Below, in pieces: positions 55,441 through 64,000 of a DNA stretch of 64,000 nucleotides. The stretch is from Pseudomonas phage EL. The position numbers were made by a program, and so were the translations under genes. Every line of letters begins with the position of its first letter. The stretch's first letter is position 1. The stretch is from the sequence record AJ697969.1. One strand, given 5' to 3'. The notes under the pieces were generated by a model. The model did no database searches. It was not told where the DNA came from and saw only the letters and a program-made list of their open reading frames with translations.

Positions 55441-57633
55441 CTATCTTGCAAGAGGGCGTGTTGCCAAGCGAAGCAGATCTGCCGCTATCGAGTCATTTAT
55501 CTTAGCCGCGATGTTGTCAGAACGAATACTGGTCTTAATATCCGTGACCACACCCGTCAGTTGACGGTTCAAACGCGACCACCGCAGAATGGTATCCAGG
55601 TAGTCCATCCCTGTGATACGACTGGCAAAGTTGTTGAACGCACTGTCATCCGACAGAATACGACTGACCACCGCATTCGGATTAGTAAGATCCAGGATAC
55701 TAATGGACCGATCAATGGGAAGGGTGACCAGGGGTTCCAGATCGGTAATCTGTAAACTGGCCGTCATATTCAACGGTTTACGATCACGAGTCCACCCCGC
55801 ATCTCCTTCCCCCAGGGTCAGATCCAATTGAGTCACCAGACCGGTACGGATGATTCCACGAGACTTACAGAAAGCTTTCACGTAGAAGGGGGAGGTATGG
55901 GTTCCACCGCCTGAGGTATTACCGGCCACTAAGGGCAGTAGGAGGGAAATCAATACCCAGATCTTAACAATCTGCTCATACGGGTGTGCGTAGTTACACA
56001 CTGACTTAATGGTGTAGGTCTCCGTATGGAGATTGCAGGTGGATTCAGTCCAGTGGTCAGGGATCTTGACGTAACTGTTATTGGCAACAGCCAGGGGGAT
56101 ATTTCCAATAACAGACCCTGAAAGGGCTCCCATAGCCGCGTCTTTAACAATGTTAATCAGTCCATCGACAATGGCTAAGCCAGTTTGACCTTTAGCCACA
56201 TCGAAGGTGAAGTCATTGGTAGTGCGAACAATGGAATTGAACTTTTCCGCCATAGGCGATTGCCCAGTGCTATTAGAGAAGGAATCCCGAGTAGCTCCCC
56301 CGTTCCCCTCTACGCGGAAGGTGATCCCATCCATACCACCGGCTACAGCGGTTTTAACGAGGTCGTAAATATCTCCCATCCAGGTACGATCGTTAGGGTT
56401 GTCTTCGTAGTAGAACTGATCCCCATTGTTAATAGCGGGATTAGCGGTTACTGAGGGGGTAGCGGGAGAGGGGCGTTGAGGCCGTTCGTTGGGGTTTACA
56501 GGAGGAGCTGAAGTACCATAAGACTCACCCGTTCCCATAGGCTGCATGGTGGAGGTGGGTTGTCCGTCAGGTCCGGTTGGGGGTTGTTCCAGTTCAAGGT
56601 TGGCAATTCCATATTGCTTATTACGTGCAGGGTCGATGTCTTGATAAGCGCCTCGGTTGAGGTAGGCACTGTCTTCTTCAACGTAGTTGGGTTCGTTATC
56701 ACCCCGGTATTTACCGACTGTGCTCATTTCCTTTTCAATATACTCTTGAGAAGGTCTGCCAGCGGTTACTGAACGATCGAAGGTGACTTCTTGAAGGATT
56801 TGTTTGGCTCGTTCCAATTTCTGTTGGGGGGAGTTAATTGAAGTGTCGTTGTCCATAGAGGCCAGACGCTCCAACATTACCCGGTGTTTACGCACCCCTT
56901 TATTGACCAACCGCATGAGGTCAATAGTCCCATCCTGGTTGACGCAATCAGGAAAGAGGGTAGACAAACTGGAAACGACTTTACTGTTGTCGTAATCGGG
57001 TTTAAGACCGTACAGGGGATCGGTCTGTTGCTGGTTCATCTTAGGTAGGATGGGATCGATGTACCCCAGTTTCACCATGAAGTCATTCAGTACACCGGTA
57101 GCCACCATGGTGTACGCCCCAACCGCAGGCTTAACAGTCCAGAACTGATGCTTGGGGGAATCTGCTAAGAATGCCAGGAATTGGGTGCTGATACTCAACA
57201 GCTGCATAGGCCAAAAGGCAATAGAACCGATGGCTTGTCCCATGTAGAACGACAGACTGGGCGCCCGCCCTTTGTTCGCAATGATAGCCGCTGCGGGAGA
57301 GAACATGTTTGTAATGAATGACAACAGACCAGCGAACTGAGCCACGCCTGGGGTAATGGTTAAGAGGGTGGCGTTGTTGTCGTAGATCTCTTTATACATG
57401 GAGCCGAATCCCCCTTCTGGGGTGACCATTAACCGTCCGTAACGAGGATCGGTCGCAGGGCTCCATTGAGGCACAGGGTTCACAAAGCGGTTATCCCCTG
57501 TTGCACTACTGAAAACGTTGAAATATTTGTCCCAATCGAGGATGTCTAATACTTCACTCGGTGGGATACCGCGGGTTAACAGACGGAACGATTTCGTGAT
57601 AATGTCCCGGTCGCGTGTCGTCACCTGAGCCAT
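55441..57633 (-). CDS. Hypothetical virion/tail-associated protein (about 730 aa)
   Basis: The track ORF begins at TTG 57705, but that start lies inside/upstream of a terminator hairpin (57668-57691). The in-frame ATG at 57633 (MAQVTTRDR...) has an AGGA RBS and is preferred. Confidence 0.5.
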   Translation of the reverse strand: MAQVTTRDRDIITKSFRLLTRGIPPSEVLDILDWDKYFNVFSSATGDNRFVNPVPQWSPATDPRYGRLMVTPEGGFGSMYKEIYDNNATLLTITPGVAQFAGLLSFITNMFSPAAAIIANKGRAPSLSFYMGQAIGSIAFWPMQLLSISTQFLAFLADSPKHQFWTVKPAVGAYTMVATGVLNDFMVKLGYIDPILPKMNQQQTDPLYGLKPDYDNSKVVSSLSTLFPDCVNQDGTIDLMRLVNKGVRKHRVMLERLASMDNDTSINSPQQKLERAKQILQEVTFDRSVTAGRPSQEYIEKEMSTVGKYRGDNEPNYVEEDSAYLNRGAYQDIDPARNKQYGIANLELEQPPTGPDGQPTSTMQPMGTGESYGTSAPPVNPNERPQRPSPATPSVTANPAINNGDQFYYEDNPNDRTWMGDIYDLVKTAVAGGMDGITFRVEGNGGATRDSFSNSTGQSPMAEKFNSIVRTTNDFTFDVAKGQTGLAIVDGLINIVKDAAMGALSGSVIGNIPLAVANNSYVKIPDHWTESTCNLHTETYTIKSVCNYAHPYEQIVKIWVLISLLLPLVAGNTSGGGTHTSPFYVKAFCKSRGIIRTGLVTQLDLTLGEGDAGWTRDRKPLNMTASLQITDLEPLVTLPIDRSISILDLTNPNAVVSRILSDDSAFNNFASRITGMDYLDTILRWSRLNRQLTGVVTDIKTSIRSDNIAAKINDSIAADLLRLATRPLAR

Positions 57634-57667
57634 CGTGAATAAATTCCTAAGGTTAACTAAAAGAGGC

Positions 57668-57691
57668 GGGGAGTACATCAGTACTCCCCTA
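57668..57691 (-). terminator. Hairpin downstream of the giant minus-strand gene
   Basis: GGGGAGTAC-atcagt-GTACTCCCC palindrome located just after the TGA at 57702-57704 (minus sense). Confidence 0.5.
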
Positions 57692-57701
57692 TTAAGATGG
57701 A

Positions 57702-60700
57702 TCAATTCAAACGGACGGTTTTATCGGTTCCCTGATTCACCTGTTTGTCTTGCATCTCCGCCATCCGACCCAGTACCTTGTAGATCTCAGCCAGAATACT
57801 GTTCGTATCCGAACTGTTATCACCCAGTTTACCCAACGAGGCCTTAAGCTCAGCCACCAACGCAGAGTCATCACTACGGGTGGTCGTAAGTGCCTCGGTA
57901 CCCCGAGGGGACTGAGGAACAGGTTCAGACGGCGCAGGCGGAACCGGTTGAGGTGCAGAGGGAGGTGGAGAACCCTCATTAGACCTCGGAGTCGAGATCG
58001 GAACATCCGTAGCCGGGTTACCAAAGGTGGGAGTAGGCGTAGGTGGAACGTTCCGTTGCATCGGTCCTACCACACCACCGCCCAGTCCGGTGGTATCCTG
58101 TCCATTCACGGACTGCCCGCCTTGCACAGCGTTAAGGAACTTGTTCGCTGCTTCAGGGGACTTAAAGGCCGCGTGGATATGCCCGCCCGTACCGAGTGCC
58201 GTTCGACTGCGGTATTCATTGATGACTTGGAATTCCTGAGGGCTTAACCCTGCCCGACGAAGAATATCCGTTACAATGGCAACCGCTTGGTCACTTCCTT
58301 GTGCACCATTCACCAGGGTGAAGTCTAACGCCAGGCCTTTAGGATGAGCGCCTTTAGACCCCTTATTGACGTGGTAGGCGTCATTCAGTGCAGAGAAGTA
58401 CCGGAAACCCGGAACTGTCTGTTGAATGATTTTACCCAGTTCTTCCACAGCAGGGTGGTGTTCACCCCCCGCAATGGCTTCAGGGGATTTCAGGCGCAAT
58501 CCACTGCTACCCGGTGTATTGGTGTTAACGATCATCCCACCGTTATCACCTGACCCGTATTGTCCCCCTCCGCCTCCCATGGTTCCATTCAGGGACGGCA
58601 GACTACCACCCACAACGCCCGGAGCCGGTCTACTGACTTGAGGACGCTGGGGTTCGCTGGGGGCTTCTTGACCGTACAGGTCGGACCCGGTTTGGCTCCC
58701 TAACCCACTCCCAGCCGTTTTATCAGCTGTGGTCAGTTCACCACTTTGTAGTTTCTTCAGGTAATTCAGATAGAGCGCATAGCGCTGAGGCATTTCAGGT
58801 AACGGATTACCTCCATTCAACCCTGTTGCCGCTCTACCGAAGTCACCGGTTTGGCTAATACTTCTCAAGAGCTTAGAGTTCCTGAAGAAGTTCACCGCAA
58901 TGGCTGCCATGACGTTCGGATCGTTACTGGCCAGCTCTGGTCTGTTCTCCAGATCAATACCCAGCTCTTGGCCAACCCTCCGGTAATTAGCGCGACCCGT
59001 CAGCTGAATAAACCCACGCCCTCGGTAACGGTACCCATCACCGGCTTCCCTGTTCCCTAAGGAAGCACCTTTACCCCCACCGTACACGGTATTGGCGATG
59101 GCCACTTCACCGGCTTGTACGAGCGCTCTCGCTTGTTCCATGCTCTTCACTTCCCTGAAGAGTTGAACCAAGCGTTCCGGACTGCTGTACTTCATGTTCT
59201 CAGTGGTCCGGGAATAGCCTGAAGACTCGTAGTTGGTAAGGGCGAGCATTTCAGCGATTTCACGAGGGTCCGTAAAGCCTTGTTTCAGCATCTCACGGAT
59301 GATCAACTGCTCCGCCAACGGCTTAGGAACACTCACCCCTCGATCCGTTCCTTGGTTCGTACGTACACCGGTCATATCCAAATGACTGGTGTCCGAATCA
59401 CCCGTAATAGGCGTGAAACCAAAGGCATTCTCAGGGGTTCTGAACCGACCGTCGCTGCTGTACGTATTCCCAGCGTCTCCGCCAAAGGTACCGTACATCC
59501 CTCCTAGAGCAGAATCTCTCCGAGACCGGAATTGTTCCGGGGTAGAAACATTCGCTTGTTGGTCGGTGAACCCACCCCCTACCCGGTGAGGACTGATCTT
59601 CTCAGCCCAGGTTTGGGCGTTGGTCTTACCCGCTTCCAATTCAGGGTCTTTGAGTTTAGCTTCTACCGACGCTTCCCCCAAGAGGTTCAACATCCTGTCA
59701 ACTTTATCCGACCGTCCGGGAGAGGTTTCCCAGGCGAAGGGTGCTGCTCTCACATTCCACACCGAGATGGTAAAGCCAAAGACGCCATTGACTTGGGTTT
59801 GAGTCAGTTCCTTGGCGATCTCATACCGTGCGGTAGCGGAAAGGGTTCTCCAAACCACACCCGGTAGCCCCCGACGGTATTTCCTCATCAGGGTCATGTA
59901 GTTGGTCAGCACCGGCAGGAACCGATCCCTGAACCACTTGCACCAGGCATCCGCGTACCGATCATCCACCCGGAAGGCGTCCTTGAACCGAGCGAAGAGT
60001 TCACCTATGTTGCCCTTGAACACCATGTCATCCCCTTTCGCCATAAACAGGGATTCACAATGACGTTCCAACTTGAGGACGGCTTCGACTCGCCAGGGGA
60101 CATCCTTATCGTTCCCGTAGGTAGCCACCCGGATAGCGGTAAGCATATCCAAGGCTTTACCATCTGGCATCAGGTCTTGGATATAGATCTGGCCGACAAC
60201 CGCATTGGCGGTATACGCTTTCCCTAACCGATCGATTTCACCTTTAACCTCCTTCAGGCGATCGGTGGCCTCCATCTTCTCCCCGAAGTCTTTCCACTGG
60301 GTACTCCGGTCTTCCAGCTTCCGTTCCAGTTGAACCCGTTCCTTCTGAAGGGACTCCAGACTTTGGCCTTTAACCGTAGAGACGGCAAAGGGATCAATGG
60401 TGGGATCTTTAGCCCCGACATACTTCTTAAGGGCATCCAAGAGGTTACCCACCCGGATGATCGTCATTTGTTGATCAAGGAGAGGAGTCTCTTTGTCAAT
60501 CTTAGCTACGATCTGGTACGGGGAAGGCACCAACCCACTGAGGGCACTGTGGGCTTGTTTGGCCACTTTGTACACGATTAAGTCAGACGAATCGTCATAG
60601 TCCTTCAACGATCGCAGTTTAACCGCATCCAAACAGGCCAGGTAGGTCAAGTAAACGGGTTTGAACCGTCCATTGAACCAGGTAAAGACTTCACCAATTT

Positions 60701-63700
60701 CATTACGGTCTTGAGGATTGCCTACGAAGAGACGAAGGACTTCCTCAATAGGCGCTTGCTTAGACAGCGACGCGCGCCCATTCCCAATCACCACATGGTC
60801 TTTTAGCAGGTTCTCAACGTTGAGGATTTTAGCCGCCAGGGGACCGTGAGGATCTGAGAGACCGTACTGAACCATCCGTAGTTCAATTTGCTTCCCTTTA
60901 CCTGAACCAAACAGGGAATCCCATCCCCATTTAGAAGTCCCCAACATCACCCCAAAGGGACTGTACATCGAAGACCCCAGGGCATCCGTAGTAGGACTCT
61001 TTCCTTTGACCTTTTCCAAAATCCATTTCGCAATGGTCTGTCCACCCAGTAAGCCCGCGGTGGCACCCACTTGTTGGTAAAGACTATTACCGGCTTTACC
61101 CACTTTAAGGATTTGGTCGGTGGTACCGAGTTTCTTCGTTTCTTCGTCAGTAGCGACCTGGTACATTTCGTACGCAGACAATGCACCTGCGCCAATCAAA
61201 CCGGCGCGTCCTGCACCCAGTTTACCCAAGTGTCCGAGTCCACCCAGACCATTCAATAACCCACCGAGTCCACCAGCGACGCCCTTAGCGATAATCGTCA
61301 ACAGTTTAAGTCCCATACGACCGAACTTAAACAATGCACTGAACCCGCTCCAGAGGACCTCAGAACCCAGGAAGCTGGTCAGCCACTCGAAGCCTTTCTT
61401 AACACCCCCTACCAAACTGCTCAGGAGACCGAAGATACCGAACTTCTTCTTCTTACCGAGTTCTTTCTCATCCTTCATACCGAAACCGAAGTTTTCAGCA
61501 ATCGAGATGATGGCGTTCTTAACGGTGTTGTCTTTCTCTTCCTGGAGTTTTTGCGCACGGTCGGCCAGGGAGTTAGCTCGGGTGGCATCATTGGACGACG
61601 CTGACCGACGGAACCGATCGGTGTTGTCCCCTTCCCCCGCTTTTCCTTTAGCGGCTCTAAAGCTCTCCAGGGCGTCTTTAAGCGCTGGATTCTTTTCCAT
61701 AAGGGCTTCGGTAAGGGTAAGATCGTTTCGATCTCCTAGGGACCCTGGAGGGCCTTCTGGGCCATCTTGGGAACCTGGTGCCGGGGGAGTGAAGGGATTG
61801 GGGCTACCATCCGGTGAGTTATACCCCCAATGTTTCAAGAGGAGGTAATAGATCCGATCCACGGAATTGACCACTGGAGAGTGATCCGTACTGAACGGAT
61901 TCTTAACCCGACCCCCCATGCCTTTCGCATACCCACCTGCGCGGTCTTTCAATTTACCGAAGAGGTCCAACCCGAACTGTCCGGCTTGTCTAAGGCCCGC
62001 GCCCAGCTTGTTGATACTGGTCCCCATGGAGGTTTTAAGTCCACGGTCGTATTCTTCAGCCGTGATCAGGGTATTCCCTTCCTTGTCATACACCGGGCCA
62101 TCGATCTCATCCCATCCCTGGAGTTCAACGAACCCGTCTCCACTCCGTTTGAAGTATTGACCTTTACCAAAGCGACTCCCCAGCAAAACCGGTTCGTCTT
62201 CACCTTCAATGTAAATATCCATCCGGTACAGACGGGTACGAGCTTTATCCCAAAACCCTTTAATGCGGTTAACAGGATCCAGCCAGTTAAAGGCTTTCAT
62301 AAAGAGATCCCGAACCTTATTCAGGCCTTTAAGGAATACTTCCTTGTTGTCTTCGGTAAAGAGTTTACCCGCTAAGCGGCTAGCGCCAATAACGGCTCCA
62401 TTGGCCAGGTCTTTAATACTCCCAGTAATCTGATCCCACCCCTGAATGATCTTCCCGGTGAGCATATCCAGATACTCACCCTTAAAGAGTTTAAAGGATT
62501 CAAGGATCGGGGTATCAGACCCTTCTTCGTACAGGTCTTCCGTGTTCTCGGCTCGATGAGCAGCCGCTCGGGCACGCAACTTGTTATATGCCATCCCTAG
62601 CGCCAAGCCACCTCCTACCAATGCAGCACCTTTCGGGTTGTAGATCGCCATACCCGCCAATCCACCCAGTAAGCCACCCAGTACCAACGGTTGGTTATCC
62701 AGGAGTTTGTCTATTCCCTTATTAAACAGATCCCCAAACGACGTACTCTTAATCCGTTCCAGAATACTCCGTTTTTGTTGCTGGAGGGTTTCTTCAGCTT
62801 CAGGAGTGGGTTTCTCGTAGGGTTGACGTTCCAAGATCTTGGTGAGGATATCGTTCCGGTTCCCTCCCAGTTCTACCAGTTTACCCAGCAGGCTGTTCCC
62901 TTGAGTCACCTGGTCGTTCAGAGCGGTGAACATCGAAGACGGATCCGTAAGACCCGAACGACTTACACCTCCCTGTTCAATATGTGCCCCGAGTTTATCC
63001 AAAGTTTCCCGTACACCCTGAAGGGTTTCATTCAACTGAGCGTTCTCAGCTGCAATCATACCTCCGGAGTCTCGACGCCCTCTTCCCCGTCTGCCAAAGG
63101 AACGGGTCTTACGCACCGCTTCTTCCAGAGGGTTGTCATACACCATAGCACGGTCAGGGTTATCAATGAAGGACTGGAGGACGTTCCGGAAGGTGTCCAT
63201 ATTGACTTCATCGTGGCCATTTTCAGACTTGATGATGCCAGCTTCTTTCATGACGTTGTAATACCCAGACGAACGCAGCATATCGACGCGCTCGGCAATG
63301 TCCGGCATAAACCGACCCAGGAGGTTGGATTGTTCCGTTAACTTGGCGGCGCGTTCTCGGGCTTGTTCTGTAGGAAGACGAGCAATAGCGCTCGCCCGGT
63401 CCAGGGTACTGCCCTCCTTAAAGGCCGTAAAGGCTTCCGGGGTAATATCAAAATTCCGTTGGAACAATTCCCGGATTTCATCCGCTACCTGACGGTTTAC
63501 CCCTTTGGTCTCCAAGTTCATGTACAGGTACGGACTGAACCCTTTCCGTTTATCCGCATTCTGAACCAGTTGCATCGCCAATACACGGCGGGCTTCGTTG
63601 GACAATTCCTTATTGGGGTCAATGGAATCCACCAATCGAAGGGACGTATCCGCTTGGGACTTGAATTGGTCTTTATCCATTACCCGGTTAAAGGTATCCG

Positions 63701-64000
63701 CTACCTTTTGGTTATGGCTGACCAACTTACCCCGTACGTAGTCATAACTCGACGCTTTAAGGGTATCATCCCCCGTACGGATCTTTTCAATCGACAAGTG
63801 AATGTGGCTGAGCAGTTCGGGGATCACTTCATTCAGGGTACGGGAGGACTGTTTGTTCCAGATCTCCGGTTCGTGGGCATCCATTAACCCCCGACGTTTT
63901 AGGCTGTAACGACTCCCGGTGGGTTGGTACAACTCATCCAACAACCCCGCCATGCCTTTATTCGCCCCTTTCTTCAGGGTATTAATAACCGTCCATTCCA
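57702..64000 (-). CDS. Giant virion-associated protein (at least 2083 aa; tape-measure-like) with GH19-type muramidase and M15/LAS-like peptidase domains. Probably 5'-partial
   Basis: The minus-strand frame remains open past the track start (63953) to the window edge. Gly-rich hydrophobic zippers (GGLLGGLAGMAIYN..., AGGLGGLLNGLGGLGHLGKLG...). GH19-like motif GDGYRYRGRGFIQLTGRANY (about nt 58990-59040). Peptidase-like SKGAHPKGLALDF...GGHIHA (about nt 58150-58360). Confidence 0.75.
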   Translation of the reverse strand, partial: EWTVINTLKKGANKGMAGLLDELYQPTGSRYSLKRRGLMDAHEPEIWNKQSSRTLNEVIPELLSHIHLSIEKIRTGDDTLKASSYDYVRGKLVSHNQKVADTFNRVMDKDQFKSQADTSLRLVDSIDPNKELSNEARRVLAMQLVQNADKRKGFSPYLYMNLETKGVNRQVADEIRELFQRNFDITPEAFTAFKEGSTLDRASAIARLPTEQARERAAKLTEQSNLLGRFMPDIAERVDMLRSSGYYNVMKEAGIIKSENGHDEVNMDTFRNVLQSFIDNPDRAMVYDNPLEEAVRKTRSFGRRGRGRRDSGGMIAAENAQLNETLQGVRETLDKLGAHIEQGGVSRSGLTDPSSMFTALNDQVTQGNSLLGKLVELGGNRNDILTKILERQPYEKPTPEAEETLQQQKRSILERIKSTSFGDLFNKGIDKLLDNQPLVLGGLLGGLAGMAIYNPKGAALVGGGLALGMAYNKLRARAAAHRAENTEDLYEEGSDTPILESFKLFKGEYLDMLTGKIIQGWDQITGSIKDLANGAVIGASRLAGKLFTEDNKEVFLKGLNKVRDLFMKAFNWLDPVNRIKGFWDKARTRLYRMDIYIEGEDEPVLLGSRFGKGQYFKRSGDGFVELQGWDEIDGPVYDKEGNTLITAEEYDRGLKTSMGTSINKLGAGLRQAGQFGLDLFGKLKDRAGGYAKGMGGRVKNPFSTDHSPVVNSVDRIYYLLLKHWGYNSPDGSPNPFTPPAPGSQDGPEGPPGSLGDRNDLTLTEALMEKNPALKDALESFRAAKGKAGEGDNTDRFRRSASSNDATRANSLADRAQKLQEEKDNTVKNAIISIAENFGFGMKDEKELGKKKKFGIFGLLSSLVGGVKKGFEWLTSFLGSEVLWSGFSALFKFGRMGLKLLTIIAKGVAGGLGGLLNGLGGLGHLGKLGAGRAGLIGAGALSAYEMYQVATDEETKKLGTTDQILKVGKAGNSLYQQVGATAGLLGGQTIAKWILEKVKGKSPTTDALGSSMYSPFGVMLGTSKWGWDSLFGSGKGKQIELRMVQYGLSDPHGPLAAKILNVENLLKDHVVIGNGRASLSKQAPIEEVLRLFVGNPQDRNEIGEVFTWFNGRFKPVYLTYLACLDAVKLRSLKDYDDSSDLIVYKVAKQAHSALSGLVPSPYQIVAKIDKETPLLDQQMTIIRVGNLLDALKKYVGAKDPTIDPFAVSTVKGQSLESLQKERVQLERKLEDRSTQWKDFGEKMEATDRLKEVKGEIDRLGKAYTANAVVGQIYIQDLMPDGKALDMLTAIRVATYGNDKDVPWRVEAVLKLERHCESLFMAKGDDMVFKGNIGELFARFKDAFRVDDRYADAWCKWFRDRFLPVLTNYMTLMRKYRRGLPGVVWRTLSATARYEIAKELTQTQVNGVFGFTISVWNVRAAPFAWETSPGRSDKVDRMLNLLGEASVEAKLKDPELEAGKTNAQTWAEKISPHRVGGGFTDQQANVSTPEQFRSRRDSALGGMYGTFGGDAGNTYSSDGRFRTPENAFGFTPITGDSDTSHLDMTGVRTNQGTDRGVSVPKPLAEQLIIREMLKQGFTDPREIAEMLALTNYESSGYSRTTENMKYSSPERLVQLFREVKSMEQARALVQAGEVAIANTVYGGGKGASLGNREAGDGYRYRGRGFIQLTGRANYRRVGQELGIDLENRPELASNDPNVMAAIAVNFFRNSKLLRSISQTGDFGRAATGLNGGNPLPEMPQRYALYLNYLKKLQSGELTTADKTAGSGLGSQTGSDLYGQEAPSEPQRPQVSRPAPGVVGGSLPSLNGTMGGGGGQYGSGDNGGMIVNTNTPGSSGLRLKSPEAIAGGEHHPAVEELGKIIQQTVPGFRYFSALNDAYHVNKGSKGAHPKGLALDFTLVNGAQGSDQAVAIVTDILRRAGLSPQEFQVINEYRSRTALGTGGHIHAAFKSPEAANKFLNAVQGGQSVNGQDTTGLGGGVVGPMQRNVPPTPTPTFGNPATDVPISTPRSNEGSPPPSAPQPVPPAPSEPVPQSPRGTEALTTTRSDDSALVAELKASLGKLGDNSSDTNSILAEIYKVLGRMAEMQDKQVNQGTDKTVRLN

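Noticed and set aside
57737-58247. Arg-rich ORFs on both strands near the 3' end of the giant gene
   Set aside because: They are low-complexity R/L/W-rich frames overlapping the Pro/Ala/Ser-rich linker region of the giant protein, with no independent signals.
1-64000. tRNA genes, CRISPR arrays, transposase/integrase genes
   Set aside because: Scanned intergenic regions for tRNA-like T-arm and acceptor features, for direct repeats with spacers and for IS-like inverted repeats. None were found. All hairpins are simple terminator-like palindromes.

Overview
This 64 kb window reads as a dense double-stranded DNA phage genome segment, most consistent with a phiKZ/EL-like jumbo phage, though no database identity check was possible. 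The left half (about 2.0 to 27.4 kb) is almost entirely plus-strand and carries nucleic-acid metabolism genes: an SbcC/Rad50-like ATPase with a CPEC zinc hook, an NAD-dependent DNA ligase, an RNase HI, a DHH/DHHA1 phosphoesterase, a small 2H (HxT/S) phosphoesterase and two tandem nucleotidyltransferase-fold paralogs. It also encodes a full-length GroEL-like chaperonin of 558 aa, two GNAT acetyltransferases and many small unknown ORFs. A minus-strand operon at 27.4 to 35.9 kb encodes tail-fibre or tail-spike proteins, namely two Kelch-like beta-propeller proteins, a 1046-aa collagen-like repeat fibre and an SGNH/GDSL esterase fibre. The fibre genes share an N-terminal adaptor module with each other. 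A minus-strand SF2/SNF2-type helicase at 39.6 to 42.4 kb is interrupted in its Walker A motif by a roughly 262-aa intein with class-3 (Trp/Cys/Thr) hallmarks. The right end carries a virion-associated lytic protein of at least 2083 aa, tape-measure-like, with a GH19-type muramidase motif and an M15/LAS-like zinc peptidase motif. It probably continues beyond the window. A conserved 20-nt motif, a(a/g)a(c/t)CTA(C/T)AT.A..(N5)TG, occurs ten times and always upstream of plus-strand genes, so it is likely a phage promoter class. Transcription units are punctuated by more than 20 GC-rich hairpins, many built on a shared CCCCTACC/GGTAGGGG core. No tRNA, CRISPR or transposon was detected.
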